In this document: positions 41,443-55,624 of the stretch, piece after piece | Numbering within the stretch: the stretch's first letter is position 1 | Layout: the number at the start of each line of letters is the position of its first letter | Assembly (NCBI RefSeq): GCF_006345805.1 | Contig: NC_042999.1 | Coordinates: 117,428,001-117,492,000 of the forward strand | Length of the DNA stretch: 64,000 bases | Reading direction: 5' to 3' | Source: Octopus sinensis | Lineage: Eukaryota | The notes under the pieces: generated by a model | The model's database searches: none | What the model was told of the DNA's origin: nothing | The model's input: the letters and a program-made list of their open reading frames with translations, nothing else | Program-made: the position numbers and the translations under genes

Positions 41443-41541
41443 GGCGTAGGAGTGGCTGTGTGGTAAGTAGCTTGCTTACCAACCACTTGGTTCCGGGTTC
41501 ATTCCCACTGCGTGACACCTTGGGCAAGTGTCTTCTACTAT
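41443..41541 (+). mobile_element. SINE family B, 5' part (split by LINE)
   Basis: GGCGTAGGAGTGGCTGTGTGGTAAG...GTCTTCTACTAT; continues at 46713 with AGCCTCGGGCCG. Confidence 0.9.
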
Positions 41542-42444
41542 TTTGTCGTCACCTCTTCCTTGAGTATCAGCTTATATAAAATTGCCTTTATTGTAACAAC
41601 ACAAGTAAATGCACGCTAAAATTATGGACGTAAACACTTGCTAACCTTTATTTTCTTCTTGACTACCCGAAATATGCAAACATACTTTTTATTGCAATCA
41701 CAGAAATAACACGTGGAGAATAAGAAGAAAAAAAAAGAAAAGAAAAAATACTCTTTATAGTTTCTCTCTGCTCGTACACGACTCTATTCACAAGTACTAT
41801 TCATAGTCTGCCCCTCTTTGATTTTTCTCAAAGTCAAGGTCATCGTTCGCAAGTTCCATCAACAACATAGCAGACATTTGAACTTTCTTTGACCGATCGT
41901 TCTTCATTTCACTTTATGAAAGCAGTAGTTGCTGCTACAGCTATTACTACTGCTGCTATCAGAATTTACTGCTGCTACTACTACTGCTACAATTAGAAAC
42001 ATACAAGTTGACGATGATACCGAGATGTTTTTCCCCGTGTCTGAATTATACCGGTGGCACCAATGAAAAATCCCTTTCTTTTTCTTTGTTGGGAGAAAAG
42101 AGAATTTACAGTAAAAACAAACCCTCAGCCCTCCCTCCAGCGTATAAATTACTTTAAAAGGGAAAAACGTGAGAAAAGAAAAGAAAAAAAATTAATTTAA
42201 ATTAACGATAGACAAAAACATGTGCCTTCTCGCACATAAACACATTATTCACACAAATACAAACATACGCAGACGCAAATATTGAAGTACTAAATGGCAT
42301 GTCAAATGATATTTAACCGTGTGGAACATTTTACATGCATATTAATATTCTAAAGTTGGACCTACTATTCCTTATCCTAAAGCTGCTTCAGACAACTAGG
42401 AAGGGTTCCCGACTCGTTTCACCATCTGCTTTCAATCTTGGATT

Positions 42445-43758
42445 GTGATTCGGTTCAGCCCAAACTCTCTCAGATTTTGTCTGCTGTTGCCTACTCCTAC
42501 AAAGATTGCAGCTGTTTTTGTTCCTGATTTAACTCAGATTTGTCCTAGAGCCCATAGAAGATTGTTTTTGGTCAACCATCTATCATGTCAGCTACCTACA
42601 GATCAAAACAGATCTGCGAGAAGGGCTTCTCATCAGGATGATGGTCCTACCAACGGTCATCTCAACGAGCAGTTGCTGTTGCTCAGACAAGAGGTCGAGC
42701 ACCTAAAGTCTGTTGTTGCTCATTTACTGAATAAACAGTCTCCTATTGACGCAGAGCCACCCTTGATTTCTTCCCTGGAGACGTCCAAACCGAAGGGAAC
42801 AAAATCGAAGCGGCCAAAGAAGGCGAAGGAACCGGCGGTCGTTTCCGCACATGATCGTTCCTGTGCGGATTCTTCCTCATCTGCCTTTTCGGTCCCGGAG
42901 GTTCCCCAACCTAATTTCAGGAGCGTAGACTCAAACCCACCTGAAGACCGTTGTTCTCCCCAAAAGAAGAAACGTAGTCAAAACTCCAGTGGGGCAGATT
43001 TAGCTGCGAAACCTGATCACGATAAAATCTGTTTGGATTCTCCCTCACTTGTCCTTCCCATTAATGCCATTGCTCAACCAATTCTGAACGATCTCGATGT
43101 GAGTTCATCTGGGGAGTGGTGCTCCCCCAAACCTAAGAAGAGGCAGTGCAGTTCCAAACCAGGCAGGAAAGTTATGACCACTAAACCCATTCCGATCGAC
43201 CCCACAGGCCGACATAAGTCTGGTGGCTATGAAACCACCCTTTCGAAATCATCCAACGAAGAATCGAATGCCGCAGCTCATAGTAGAGAACAGAAAGATC
43301 ATTTTTCCCACTCAAGATCAGCAATCATTTATGGTAAAGGTGAATCCACCTGTGATACAGGCATAAACCGCCTAAAAGAAGACGTAAATTTTGTTTCCGT
43401 TTTAGTTGGAGAATTGTTCTCTGTCAACGAAAATGTCAGTATCCATAAGGTCGCTCGACTAGGAAGATTCCAAGCGAACTCAACCTCAGACACTAGACCA
43501 CGCCCAATAAGAGTAATCTTTTCTTCCGATCAGGAGGCTTCAACCTTTCTGAACAGAGCTCAGACGCATGCCTGGGAGGACCCCAATATGGGTTTTTGCG
43601 AGGAATATTCACTGAGAGAGAGAATTCGCCGGAGAAACCTAATATCCGAACTGAAGATGAGAAAACAGATGGTAGAGAAGGGTTTACGCATCCAAGATGG
43701 ACAAATCAAGTCCTACCTCTGGTCGCATGCTGTAGTGCTGACAGGGAAAGTGAATTGA
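42445..43758 (+). CDS. LINE ORF1 protein (coiled coil + RRM-like C-terminus); start codon uncertain
   Basis: 437 aa open frame; LRQEVEHLKSVV coiled coil; ARLGR...RPRPIRVIF motif typical of CR1/L2 ORF1. Confidence 0.75.
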   Translation: MIRFSPNSLRFCLLLPTPTKIAAVFVPDLTQICPRAHRRLFLVNHLSCQLPTDQNRSARRASHQDDGPTNGHLNEQLLLLRQEVEHLKSVVAHLLNKQSPIDAEPPLISSLETSKPKGTKSKRPKKAKEPAVVSAHDRSCADSSSSAFSVPEVPQPNFRSVDSNPPEDRCSPQKKKRSQNSSGADLAAKPDHDKICLDSPSLVLPINAIAQPILNDLDVSSSGEWCSPKPKKRQCSSKPGRKVMTTKPIPIDPTGRHKSGGYETTLSKSSNEESNAAAHSREQKDHFSHSRSAIIYGKGESTCDTGINRLKEDVNFVSVLVGELFSVNENVSIHKVARLGRFQANSTSDTRPRPIRVIFSSDQEASTFLNRAQTHAWEDPNMGFCEEYSLRERIRRRNLISELKMRKQMVEKGLRIQDGQIKSYLWSHAVVLTGKVN

Positions 43759-46613
43759 GGGCGAATCGAAGTAAAGTAGATACCCCCGTCAACGATGCTA
43801 TCTCTGATACCCCTTATTCTGCTTGTTACCCAACTCCCGCCCCTCAAACTTCACAGCTCAGCATCGTCTATACCAACTCGTGCTCCTTATTTCCAAAGTT
43901 CAGCGAGCTATTTACACTGGCCATGCGTGATTCCCCAGATGTGATAGCTATCACCGAGACTTGGCTGACTCCAACAGTAAAGGACTCAGAAATTCACCTG
44001 CAGGGCTACGCCTTCTTCAGATGTGACAGAGAAAAAAGGCGAGGTGGAAGTGTTGCTGTGTATGTTAAATCTGATCTCAAACCGTCCAGCGGTATTCTAC
44101 CCACTAATGCTCAACCTACAACAAAATTCGATACCGTCTATTGCAAGCTGAGCCTATCCAGGTTTTGCCTGCCCGTGTTAGCTGTCTACAGGCCGCCTCT
44201 TGCCGACCCCCAGGACGATGCTCATTTACTCGAAGCGATAAGATTCGTTTCAGTTTCTCATGACTGTTTGATATTAGGAGACTTCAACGCTCCCACGATC
44301 GATTGGCCCGCATCAATTTGTACATCATCTTCCCGGTTCGGCCAGACCCTTCTTGACGTGGCTGAAGATTGTTTTCTATCGCAACATGTTGAATATCCGA
44401 TAAGGCATCGGTCTGGGCAGCAGCCATCTATGCTGGATCTGGTATTCTCCCGCTATCCAAGATCGGTGTCAGATGTATCTGTGTGCGCCCCTCTTGCCAA
44501 GAGTGATCATGCGGTCCTGAAGTTCGTCATGCACACAACTTTTTCTACGCCCACGACTACTTCGCTGCTACGTAGAGTCTTCTCTGCACTTAATCTTGAA
44601 ATTCTAACCGAGGCTTCCGCACTTCTAGACTGGCGATCCCTGATGACGTTGTCCTCAGTTGACGAACTATGGTCATTCCTCAAAGCATATGTAATCTGGT
44701 TGACTGACCAGGTAGTTCCCGTTGGGCTTCCCAAGATGAAGAAACACAAGCCCTGGGTGACAAAGAAGGTTAAACGAGAACTTCGACTCAGAGATATTGC
44801 TTGGGCTGAATTAAAAAAATCTGGATTCGACTGCAGCTTTTGAGGTGTACAAAACTCAACGAGACCGAGCCGTGAAAATTGAAAAGGAAGAACGATTCAG
44901 ATATGAATACAATATCGCGGCAAACTCCAGTAGCAATCCAAAAACCTTCTTTGCCCATGTCCAACGGAATTCCCGCTTGAACAACCAAATTGCAACGTTG
45001 GTAGACTCAATAGGCGTATCGATTGAGGACCCTTATCAACAGAGTCAATTATTTGCCGAGGCTTTTTCAACTATTTTCAAACAAGATGATGGTCGTGAAC
45101 CCCCTCCATTAGATAGATCGGTACCTCCAATGCTTCGATTGGTCATCATGCGGGACGAAGTCGCACGCGTTATTCGAGGCCTCGATGTCAACAAGGGTCA
45201 CGGCCCTGACGGCATACGCCCACAGATTATCTAAGCGTTGGCTCCGGTCATCTGCGAGCCCTTAACACGTCTATTCAATATGTCATTGGCGACGGGTGTT
45301 ATACCTGCGGACTGGAGAACAGCGATAATCTGCCCAATTTTCAAGAAAGGGAGCCGCGAAGACTCGCTTAACTACCGACCGGTTTCCCTTACATCAATAA
45401 TCAGCAAGATGTTCGAAACCATCCTTAAGAAAAGTATGATGCTCCACCTCCAAATCACAGCCTCTATCTCTGTTTCCCAACACGGCTTCGTGCCGAAGAG
45501 ATCATGCTTGACCAACTTACTGGTAATGGAAGAATTGGTGACGCGCATCCTCGATGATAGTGATGCTGTTGACATCGTTTTATTGGACTTTGCCAAAGCT
45601 TTTGACTCGGTAAACCACCGCCTATTACTTGTCAAGCTTCAAGCATATAGTTTCCATCCGGATATTGTACGATGGGTTGGTGCCTTCCTCTCAGATCGCT
45701 CCTTCCAAGTCCAAGTTAATGGTTCGCGGTCCGACGTCTCCAGTGCGAGCAGTGGCGTGCCCCAAGGTTCAGTGCTTGGGCCCTTATTGTTCTTAGTCTT
45801 CGTAAATGACTTGCCCGACGACCTCACGCAACACACCCTTCTATTTGCCGACGATGTTAAACTGGTCGCTCCTCGCGGTGATATAGAGGATCTTCGTCGA
45901 TGCCTCCACCAAATTTGGAGATGGTCTAACGAATGAGACCTGTGTCTGAACGTGTCAAAGTGCTGTCATCTGCCTGTTGGCTCTCCTCCTGCAACTCAAC
46001 TTGATTTCGAGCCGGGTCGTCTGCAGCTGGAGAGGACCGATCAGGTAAAGAACCTGGGTATCTTGGTGGATTCCTCATTGTCGCCTTCGGCTCAGTGCGT
46101 CCATTGATTCGACGGTCATTCAGAATGCTCACAGTAGCCATATTCCTACCGCTCTATGTCACGCTGGTGAGACCCATATTGGAGTAAGGGATTCAAGTCT
46201 CTTCTCCTTATCTCCTCAAAGACATACAGCATCTCGAAAGAGTCCAGAAACTGGCTACCCGCATGGTTCATGGTCTCAAGAATTTGTCTTATGAAGAAAG
46301 GCTGAAGACGCTCGACCTTTATTCTCTAGAAAAACGCCACCGCCGTGGTGATCTCATTCTCGCTCACAACATCATAAGCGGAAAGTGTAACCTCTCGAAA
46401 GAGCTGTTCTTCACTCCTGCTCCAGAGCGTCGGCTGCGGGGTCATTCCGAAAAGCTCTATCTGCGACGATTTCATCTCAATCGAAGGAGAGGGGCTTTCT
46501 CCGTCCGGGTTGCGGATCCGTGGAATAAGCTGCCAGACGAGATGGTGAAGATGCCGACGACCGCTTTGTCCAAAGTCTCCCTTGACCTCGAGTGGCCTGA
46601 ACTCTTTACATGA
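43755..46613 (+). pseudogene. LINE ORF2 (AP endonuclease + reverse transcriptase), disrupted
   Basis: IAITETWL, ILGDFN, SDH, GPDGI, NYRPVSLTS, DFAKAFDSV, GVPQGSVLGP, FADDVK. Stops or frameshifts near 44843, 45234, 45936 and 46100. Confidence 0.92.
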
Positions 46614-46681
46614 ACACCGCCCTGTACATAACTCCATGTCCCCCTATATGGCCTTGCTTTTTGCTTTTTGAGCCAAAAAAT

Positions 46682-46712
<31 letters not shown>

Positions 46713-46713
<1 letters not shown>

Positions 46714-46778
46714 GCCTCGGGCCGATGAAAGCCTTGTGAGTGGATGTGGTAGAGGGAAACTGAAAGAAGCCCGTCGTA

Positions 46779-46840
<62 letters not shown>

Positions 46841-47056
46841 TATATGTTTGTGTGTCTGTGTTTGTCCCCCCAGCATCGCTTGACAACCGATGGTGGTGTG
46901 ATAACGTCCTCGTAGCATTAGCAGTTCAGCGAAAGATACCGATAGAATAAGTACTAGCTTCCAAAGAATAAGTTCTGTGTCGATTTGCTCGACTAAAGGC
47001 GGTGCTCCAGTATGGCCGCAGTCAAATGACTGAAACAAGTAAAAGAGATAAAAGAG

Positions 47057-47058
<2 letters not shown>
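46713..47058 (+). mobile_element. SINE family B, 3' part
   Basis: Resumes exactly where 41541 stops. Confidence 0.9.
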
Positions 47059-47093
<35 letters not shown>

Positions 47094-47916
47094 TAAATAT
47101 TCCACTGCATGTGATGCTTGAAAGAGTGATTATTTTTCTTTCGATTGCATACATATCGGTGTTGCAAATGCACGCACGCACACACACACACACACAACAC
47201 ACACACACACACACACGCGCACACATACACACACTCACACACATACATGCATATTTTAAATATATTGAATTTGAAGCCGTCGCTGCGTGTGAAAATTGAT
47301 TAAATTTTTAATTTTAATTAATCTGCATACACAATGCCAGCTTAAAAAATAAGTGGGTTTGTTGTAGAGTATATTGTAGCATCCTACAGAGGCATAGTTA
47401 ATGCGTCAGTAATTTGTAATGCGCGCAGACACAAACGCACATACATTCACTTACATATACTCACCTGTAAATGTATATAGAATTTTGATGGCTTGGAGGT
47501 AATAATTATGATTATGAAGGAATGATGACTAGTGAAGTCTGATTCCATTTTACAGGTTCCAATGTAAAAGCCAAAATTTTATTCCAAAACTAATTTGTCT
47601 TTTAAATACGTATTTTTTTTTTCATTTTAAAAATTATAGTTGAATGGAAGAGAAAATTCTATAAGCTATTAAAATGAGTCTCAATGGATTCCAGTAGTTA
47701 TTAATATTTAACTAAAGGGCATAACTGATTGCATATAACTTGAGACAACAATACAACAATACAACAATCAAATTATTTCAGATACTATGTTTAGAACGTT
47801 TTTTCTCAGAATAAAAAAAAAATATTATACAGGCAATGCTTAATGGTATCAAATACATAACGCATAAGCTTGTGGATGACAGAACATAAATGCGTATGCG
47901 TGAGAGGTATACTTAT

Positions 47917-48035
47917 CAAAATGGACAATTATGTCATTCACTGAGGAAGTTGTTTGCATTTTAATATATCGCAATTATAAAAAGATACACCACGAGACCA
48001 CGCAGGGCTGGTATAATCGTACAGCAAAATAACAT
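47917..48035 (-). pseudogene. Candidate signal-peptide exon, one frameshift, defective donor
   Basis: MLFCCTIIPALRGLVVYLFIIAIY/KMQTTSSVNDIIVHF-G, followed by ataagt instead of gtaagt. Confidence 0.3.
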
Positions 48036-49019
48036 CTGCTTTCCAAGTGAACACTTGAAAACAGTAAAATAACATAATTGAAATGTCATTAAATCGAGGA
48101 TCACAAAAAAATTTCCTGTTATTCGTTCGCAAGTCTATTTGTGAATACGTTGTATTTAATGAGAAATTAATTTGCTCTTCTCACACTTTACCTATGTTCT
48201 AAAAAATATGTTGCTCTTAGTGATAAGTTTCTAAGAAGATATTTCTAAGTGTTGAGTACCAAAGTGGGATATTTTCTGTTGCTGTGACAGTTTTTGATGT
48301 TTCAAAACTATGTGAGAATGTTCAAATTTAGTATATTGATATAAATTTTCCCGCTGAGTCTGATGCTGCTATTCACTTGTCCCCGAAAAGTTTTACGAAA
48401 ACGTTACAGAAGTTGAAAGTTTGATAATTTTTATCCAATCAGGAAGCTGGTATTTAGTGCGTAATAGCTTTGTATTACAACGCTAATGCAACCAATATAT
48501 TACCACTACGAAAGTTTTGGTTTTTAATAAGCTTAAATGAATAAAGTCATGTGAAACGTTGGAACAGACATATCAAATGGAAAAATCCTCAATGAAAATC
48601 TTTATGGCAAACAATTACAAAAAGAAAAGAAAAAAATTAAATTACAAAACAGCAGAAACTTTACGTTAAATTATGAAAAAAGACAAGCAAAGAAAAAAAC
48701 TGTACATTATACTACTGTAGTTTGTTTGTGTAAACAATATACCCTTTGCAGCGAAAATTTAAAGCAGAAATTTGAGATGCACTCTAGGAGTTTCTCATCA
48801 AACAAATTACAATTTTCTTATCTCCTGCACCATATAAACTCGTAGAAATAATACGAGTCACTCATAGGAGCGTGGGTTCCACAGCGTCATTTTCTCGCTC
48901 GTTTTACACTGGCTCATGTACTTTCTCCTTGTTGCGTGTGGGTACAACCTTTGGAATTAATAAACTCAACGCTGTGGTTAACTGTTTTATGCCGAAACTC
49001 ATAACAATGAATTTCAGGA

Positions 49020-50890
49020 ATGCGAGAGTAAATTCCACCTTGAAGATCAAATGCTAGCGAAGACAAAGTGAAAAGGTTTCTACCAAGAGCTAGAGAAAGC
49101 GCTAGCTAACAGGTCCACTTCCACTGTAGTGATGGGAGATCTCAGCGTAAAGGTTGAAAACGTACGATAGGGGAGAAATATACTGGAAAATTTGACAAAT
49201 ATACCAAAATTGGTATCGGAAGAGAGAATCGAAAGAGAAGAACGTTTGTTTACAATGATAAAGGCAAGAAAACTTTACACTAGAGATAGCCTTTTCAGGC
49301 AGTACTTTGGAACGAGATGGATCTGGATAGTTCCCAACGGTCAGTACGAAAATGAAATTGATTTTATTCTAGTCGACAAACAGTGTATACTGCAGTACTT
49401 CTCAATGATTGCACCGTTCAACACAGGTAGCAATGATCGCTTGCTACAGGCGAAGATCGTGATCAACGAAATCATAGAGAAGAAGCCTCTCCACAACTAA
49501 AAAAAGAATTAACGCGCCAAAGCAGGGAAGATAGAAGAGGCATCCAAAAATTTCTGTATCGACCAGTGAAATTGAAAATGCCTTCAAGCTGATGAAAGTA
49601 GACAAAACTCAAGGAAAGGATGGCAAAACAACAAAGTGTTAAGGTGTGGAGCTGAAGGAATGTGGAAGTTATTCGTTCTACGCTTCACACTGTAACTGAA
49701 GGAGAGTATAATACCTTCTCTGTGGAAAGGGTCGAGTGCCATCTTGCTTCATAAGAATGGTAATATATTTAAGAAACTATCGAGCATACGCCTCGTCTTA
49801 CCTCTATATCGATGACCAGCAACCGAGGGAGCAATCAAGTTTCTGTAAGATATTTGTTTGAGGGATCATATATTCATTCTAATGCAGCGAAAAAATGCAA
49901 GCTGCATCTGTGCATTATATTCATTGACTACAAAAGGGTCTTCGACTGCGACAACATGAACGCAGTGTTGGAATCTCTGAAAATGGAAGGTGTTAAGGCG
50001 CAATATACCAAACTCCTCAGGGATGTGAACTCTTGACACACCACTGATATAGCTCTGCTGTCGTCACTAGTTAAAGTTCTAACGGGAAAGGGATCAAATA
50101 AGGATATGCCAACCCTCCACAGTTCTTCACTACATGCTTACAAATGGTCATCAGGGACCTTGAGAAGTTAGATGGCGTGAAAATCTATAGCGAGCTTCTA
50201 ACGCATTTCTGATTCGATGATGGCATGTTACTCAACGCCGAAACTACACATCAGTTACAGATCATGCTGAGAGCTCAACACCTATAGCTCAATAGTAAAC
50301 ACCAAAATGAATCACGTGAAAACAAGACCTATGCGGTCCGAAAATAGGTAGGAAGCGATGAAAATGAGGAGGTAAGGTAGTACGTCTACTTAGGGTACAC
50401 AGTGAATCAGTACCGAGACATGACTACTGAAATCTCGAAGAGAATAAGGGTAGGATGGAAGGTACTTAACTCAATGAAGGATGTGATAAAAGCAAAGCTG
50501 AACAAGACCATACGAACCGAACTCTTCAATAGCACTGTCCTACGCAGGTGAGACGTGGGCTACAACGAAAGGAAAGGATATCAATTGTCTACACTGAAAA
50601 GAGCCATGGAAAGATTCATGTGAGGAATATCATTACGAGAGCATATTCGAAATGAAATAATGCGAAAACGGAGTGGAGTGAGCTATGTGATCGCAGAATA
50701 CCGAGAGCACAAGATCTGCGCGATTGAACATGTTGCAAGGTTCATAGACAATCCGTGCAGTTGCTGAGTGGTATTCAAAAGATTGGAAAAGACGGTGGGT
50801 AGACGAATTAGCTACACGATTTGGGTCAAGATCGAAAAGAATGGCACAATCAAGAAAGAATTTGAAGCGAATTATGACCAACGATGTGTA
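49020..50890 (+). mobile_element. Old, heavily decayed RTE-clade LINE
   Basis: RWIWIVPNGQYENEIDFILVD (APE), IIFIDYKRVFD (RT), YVYLG remnant. Confidence 0.8.
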
Positions 50891-53800
50891 TCAATATCTG
50901 ATAGTTCGGTCAATATTTTGATACAGTGATGTGCATGTGAGTGTATATGTATGTAGGTTATATGTATATAGGTAAATACGTATATATACAGGCGCATGTC
51001 GAACGCACACAAGCACACGCACACATCCATTGTTTCTAAAATGTTATAAATATATTGGAATAAAAACATTACTTTAAAATATTACTTAACGCAGTTTCAT
51101 GAGGAAAATCATAAGAGTGACTTCCCACATATCAATTTTAAGGCTATCGGAATATTCACGCAAGATCCAAATTGATAATTTACATCAATCTGATGTGTTA
51201 CTCTGTACATTTGCAGAATAAAATTTATTCTTATACAGGGACATTGACAGTGACTTCGAAGCTTCGGTCATCGTCAGACGATAGCTTAGCTGGCTGAAAT
51301 TTCGAAGTCACTGTCAGCAGTATTCTTTGTTTATTTCACGAAAAAGGTGTATAAGTTAACGAAAATAAAGCATATACAAAAAGATAGATGTGTTACCATG
51401 GTGATATAAACTTTACTGAAAATTTAGATATATCTGAGACGCCATTTGGTGATAATGTATTAAACATATATTTAATGCCTACAGCTTATAAAAAAACAAA
51501 CAAACAAAACAAAAGCATTCGTAGTGACGTTGTGCTTAGAAATATGTGATGCCAAGACGGTGAGGTACAAATATTATTTTCTTAAGACTTGAAGTGATTA
51601 ATATATTTCTACTGGAGAATATATTCGCGGTCACTGTTCAAGGAGATAATGTAATATGGATGTGAACTGTCCAAGTATGATGTAGATATCTTTGTGCAGT
51701 AAGTTAAAAAGTAGTGACAAGTATTCTCCGCAGAAATGTGAGCGATGTTAGAGATGGCTTTATTTACAGAAAGAATAGAGGAGTATTACAGGAGGAAAGT
51801 ATTGAATAGTCACCTTTGTTTTAGATAAATAGCAAGCATATGATGTGTAAATCTCCTTTATATTTATAATTCTTAAGATTCAAAGTATGTTTGTTTGTGT
51901 ACTTTGCGATTTGAGAAACAGAGGTATCGAGGTCGGAATTTTAATATTCGATGGCTTCCTAACGAAATATGTAATTTAAATGAAGGATATCTAACAATAT
52001 ATTGCCAAAGTAAAACGAACAATACACTGATTATATTCATGTTGTCATCTTTCATATATGTAAAGGACTGTCTTTAAACTAAATTTGTATATGTATTCCG
52101 ATAACGTCGTTCTTCGTCTTTTGATAATGGGATTACAGTTGCTATCGTGGTAAAGATAGCTAACGTTATTGAGTATTTTAGTTTTCTGTTTCAGTCCTTT
52201 GATGTAAATAAATTAAGCATTTAAAGTGACCTGTTACTATCTGGAAATTTTAATCGCCCTATATGAATGGACAGTCTGTGATAAGTGGTGCAGAGGAAAA
52301 CCTAAAATCTTGGATATCCAGGGTCTTAATGCGAAAAACGCCTTTGGTTGAATCTATTTCACTTAAACTATTAGATCCACATACTTAGATCCACGTACTT
52401 CCAAACATCACGTTACAATTTATCTGAAGATATTGGGAACCATTTGTTCAGTGAAATACTTTGCGGTAAAGCAAGTGTAAGAATAAGAGATGATATTAGA
52501 ATTGGCATATATGACGGAGAGGAAAATCAGAAATTTGAGCTCTTCGTTACTTTATATGATGCACATTTGATAACACGTTTTCTACTTGAAAGATACCACA
52601 TATATAGTCTATATATGTTTTTTTTTAATTTATAAACGTAATAGCCAAAAGAAATTTATGTTTTCAAGCGAAAACATACTTTATAATTTATAAAACTGTC
52701 TTTATCTTTGATGACACAGCCATGCTAGTGTATTAATAACAATGATAATCAAATTTTGATGGATAAACAACAAACAAGATTCAGTTTCAGGACGATTTTA
52801 TGTCATTCAGTTTATATCAAAAATCATCCGAAAACCTCTTCATCTATGCTAAAGAACATTACTCAGATATAATGCAGAACTTTATGGTTTTTCCTTGGGC
52901 AGAATTTCTACACTGATGTACACAGTTGAAAAGCCTAGAGTAAATAGTGGTGATGGAATTTTCATCCGTTACAGCCATTCCACTACATCTTCAGATTAAA
53001 TGCTATGGGAAAATACGGGAATGTCATACAACATCTTTTACTTCAGTGCTATGAATATTTAAAGTGGGAAAGATTTGGACGCTCTTTACTGGAGGTCGAT
53101 CGACCACGAATATGCGCTTTTGTTTACATTTAGTTGTGTTTGTTACTGGTGAATAGATAAGGTACCGGTATCAATGTCACTCAGGATTTAGTATAGGTCT
53201 CTTAGTTTGAGCTTCTTCAGTGCAGCAAGCTTGTAGATATTACCATCGTTTATGGCATTTGGTTGTCTATCAGTGCATTTATTATATCTTAAGATTATTT
53301 TACATTCGCCCAATGAGGTCATTTACGGATTCCCAATTCAAGAGGCAGCTTTTTATTAACAATTGTATTTCTCAATATTGTCTCAAGAACTATTATCTGC
53401 AGCAACAACGTTTAGAAAGCGAAATATTGAATAAATAAAACACAATGTTTATGGCTCAGAAGATTGTTTACTGTCACCTGGAAATCGATGCAGTTCAGGA
53501 ACGAAAGTATTTTTATTCTGAAAACGAAAACGAAACAGAAACTAGCCGTGTCATTGCCGACATTTGTGAATATGCAATGTTGCTTACAACAGTTAATACT
53601 ATTGGTTATTTACAAAAGTACAAGGTCACATAATTTTCTATAGGAGACGGACGTAATAGTCAATTACATCCACAATATTACTTGGCCAGTATATATTTTA
53701 TTGACACTAGAAAGATAAAAGGTAACATGAACACTGGATGTAATTGAACTCAGAACGTTAATAACGAAACTAAATAGCACAAATTATTGTGTCCGTTGTA

Positions 53801-54524
53801 TTACTGATTTTGTCAATCAACACCCTTTCCCGTATTGATAGTTGTAACTATCTAACATTATTGATTGCATACAGGTTGGAAGAGGAAAGGATATGAATAA
53901 GATCGTTTAACGATTCGATTTTCTCCCCATGGATAATCTTGTGAAAGGACTGAGTGCCAAAACTTTTCTGCTTCCCCTTTCCCAAAACGAAAAAAATGAG
54001 CTTTATTACATCCGCCATTATAATAAAACAGAAATCAATATTGGTCGTACATATAGCCAGTAGAATACTGTACAATAACAGTGAGATGCCTTCCAATATT
54101 TAGTTTCCCACCACTGTGTTCTAATACGGAGTGTCTCCAGGGTTGGCTTCATACTTCATCGTTCCTAGATCCATAGAATAGGTACTAGGTGTGATTTAGC
54201 TATCTGCATTATATTGTTACAAACAAATGACTTTAAAATAAAAACAAATATCCATATGCCTTCTCAAAAAGAGTTATAATTGTAATAGAGTTATTCATAA
54301 TCATTCGCTGCTGTAGCAAGTTTTTGCTGCGAATGTTGCCTCATCATTCATTGTTGTTTATTTCCAATAATTTCAGTTAATGTCACGAAACTGCCTGTAT
54401 CGAAGAGATCGATACGACCAGTTGCTTATTGTGTTATCCATTGTTGAAGCTACTAAATAAAAAAGCCTTGTCGCCTACTCGACACTTCAATTAACTGCCT
54501 TCATTATCACACTCGCAACCACCA

Positions 54525-54688
54525 GAACTTGAAGACGGACTAAATATTGCTAAGCAGTGTTGCGTGAAGCCTTACCGATTCTGCAATTTAACAGTGATAT
54601 ATCACACTACTACTACTACTACTAAAGTTGGACGAAATATCGCTAAGCATTTCATCCGGCATGCTAACGGTTCAGCCAGCTCGCCGCC

Positions 54689-54731
<43 letters not shown>

Positions 54732-54743
54732 TAAAAAATAATA

Positions 54744-54802
<59 letters not shown>

Positions 54803-55022
54803 AATAATAATAATCTTGTCTACATTAGGCACAAGGTCTGAAATTTTGGGAAAGAGAGATAGTTGATTACATCGACCCCACCAGTGATCAAATGGTACGT
54901 CTTTCATCGACCCTGAAAGGATGCAGGACAGAGTGAACCTCAGCGGAATTTGAACTCAGAATGTAAAGACGGACGAAATGCCGCTAAGCATTTTGTCCGG
55001 CGTGCTAACGATTCTGCCAGCT
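54525..55022 (-). mobile_element. Cluster of SINE A copies and fragments separated by (TAA)n/(TGA)n
   Basis: GACGGACGAAATGCCGCTAAGCATTTTGTCCGGCGTGCTAACG-type repeats; microsatellite at 54690-54812. Confidence 0.8.
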
Positions 55023-55561
55023 TAGAGAGAAAGGAGTAAGTATAGTTGAACTGATGCTGAAGATTATTGTGATGATGATCAAGATGATAATAATACAGTT
55101 GATACTGCTGCTGCTGCTGCTGAGGATGATGACAAAGATGATTTATGATGGTAATTTATGATGATGGTCATGGTTGACAGTATACTCGAGTAATGTACAT
55201 GTCAATAAATGCACCATCCATAAATGTTAATAATCATGAGGAGTAGGAGTAGAGAGAGAAGTATAAGAAATATTGTAATTGTTACAGTTACGGTGGGATG
55301 GTGGTGGTGGTGGGTTTATGATGGTAATGATAAAGATGATATTTTGGAAATCTACAAACGATGCAGTAGCAGTAGTGGTGGTGGGGATTTTCTTGGGAAA
55401 ATTCTATATTATGGTGATAGGGGTAATCGATATGATTGAAGCAACGAAGCAAGCAATAAATAAATACAGTGAGCCATTGTGGTATGTTTCTTGAGCTTAG
55501 TTCCATAAATCGATAAATTCTGAATAGATCACGATAACAGTATATTGTGGGTCGGAGCAAG

Positions 55562-55624
<63 letters not shown>

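Larger units (their letters stand above)
41542..46707 (+). mobile_element. Near full-length CR1-clade LINE insertion
   Basis: ORF1, then APE-RT ORF2, then an (ACTA)n tail. Boundaries are defined by the split SINE with ACTAT duplicated. Confidence 0.9.

Noticed and set aside
51245-51316. 16-bp inverted repeat enclosing hammerhead-like fragments
   Set aside because: The hairpin is real, but the ribozyme core is incomplete on both strands.
53220-54096. Short ORFs and a strong minus-strand acceptor near 53518
   Set aside because: No recognisable domain or consistent exon chain.
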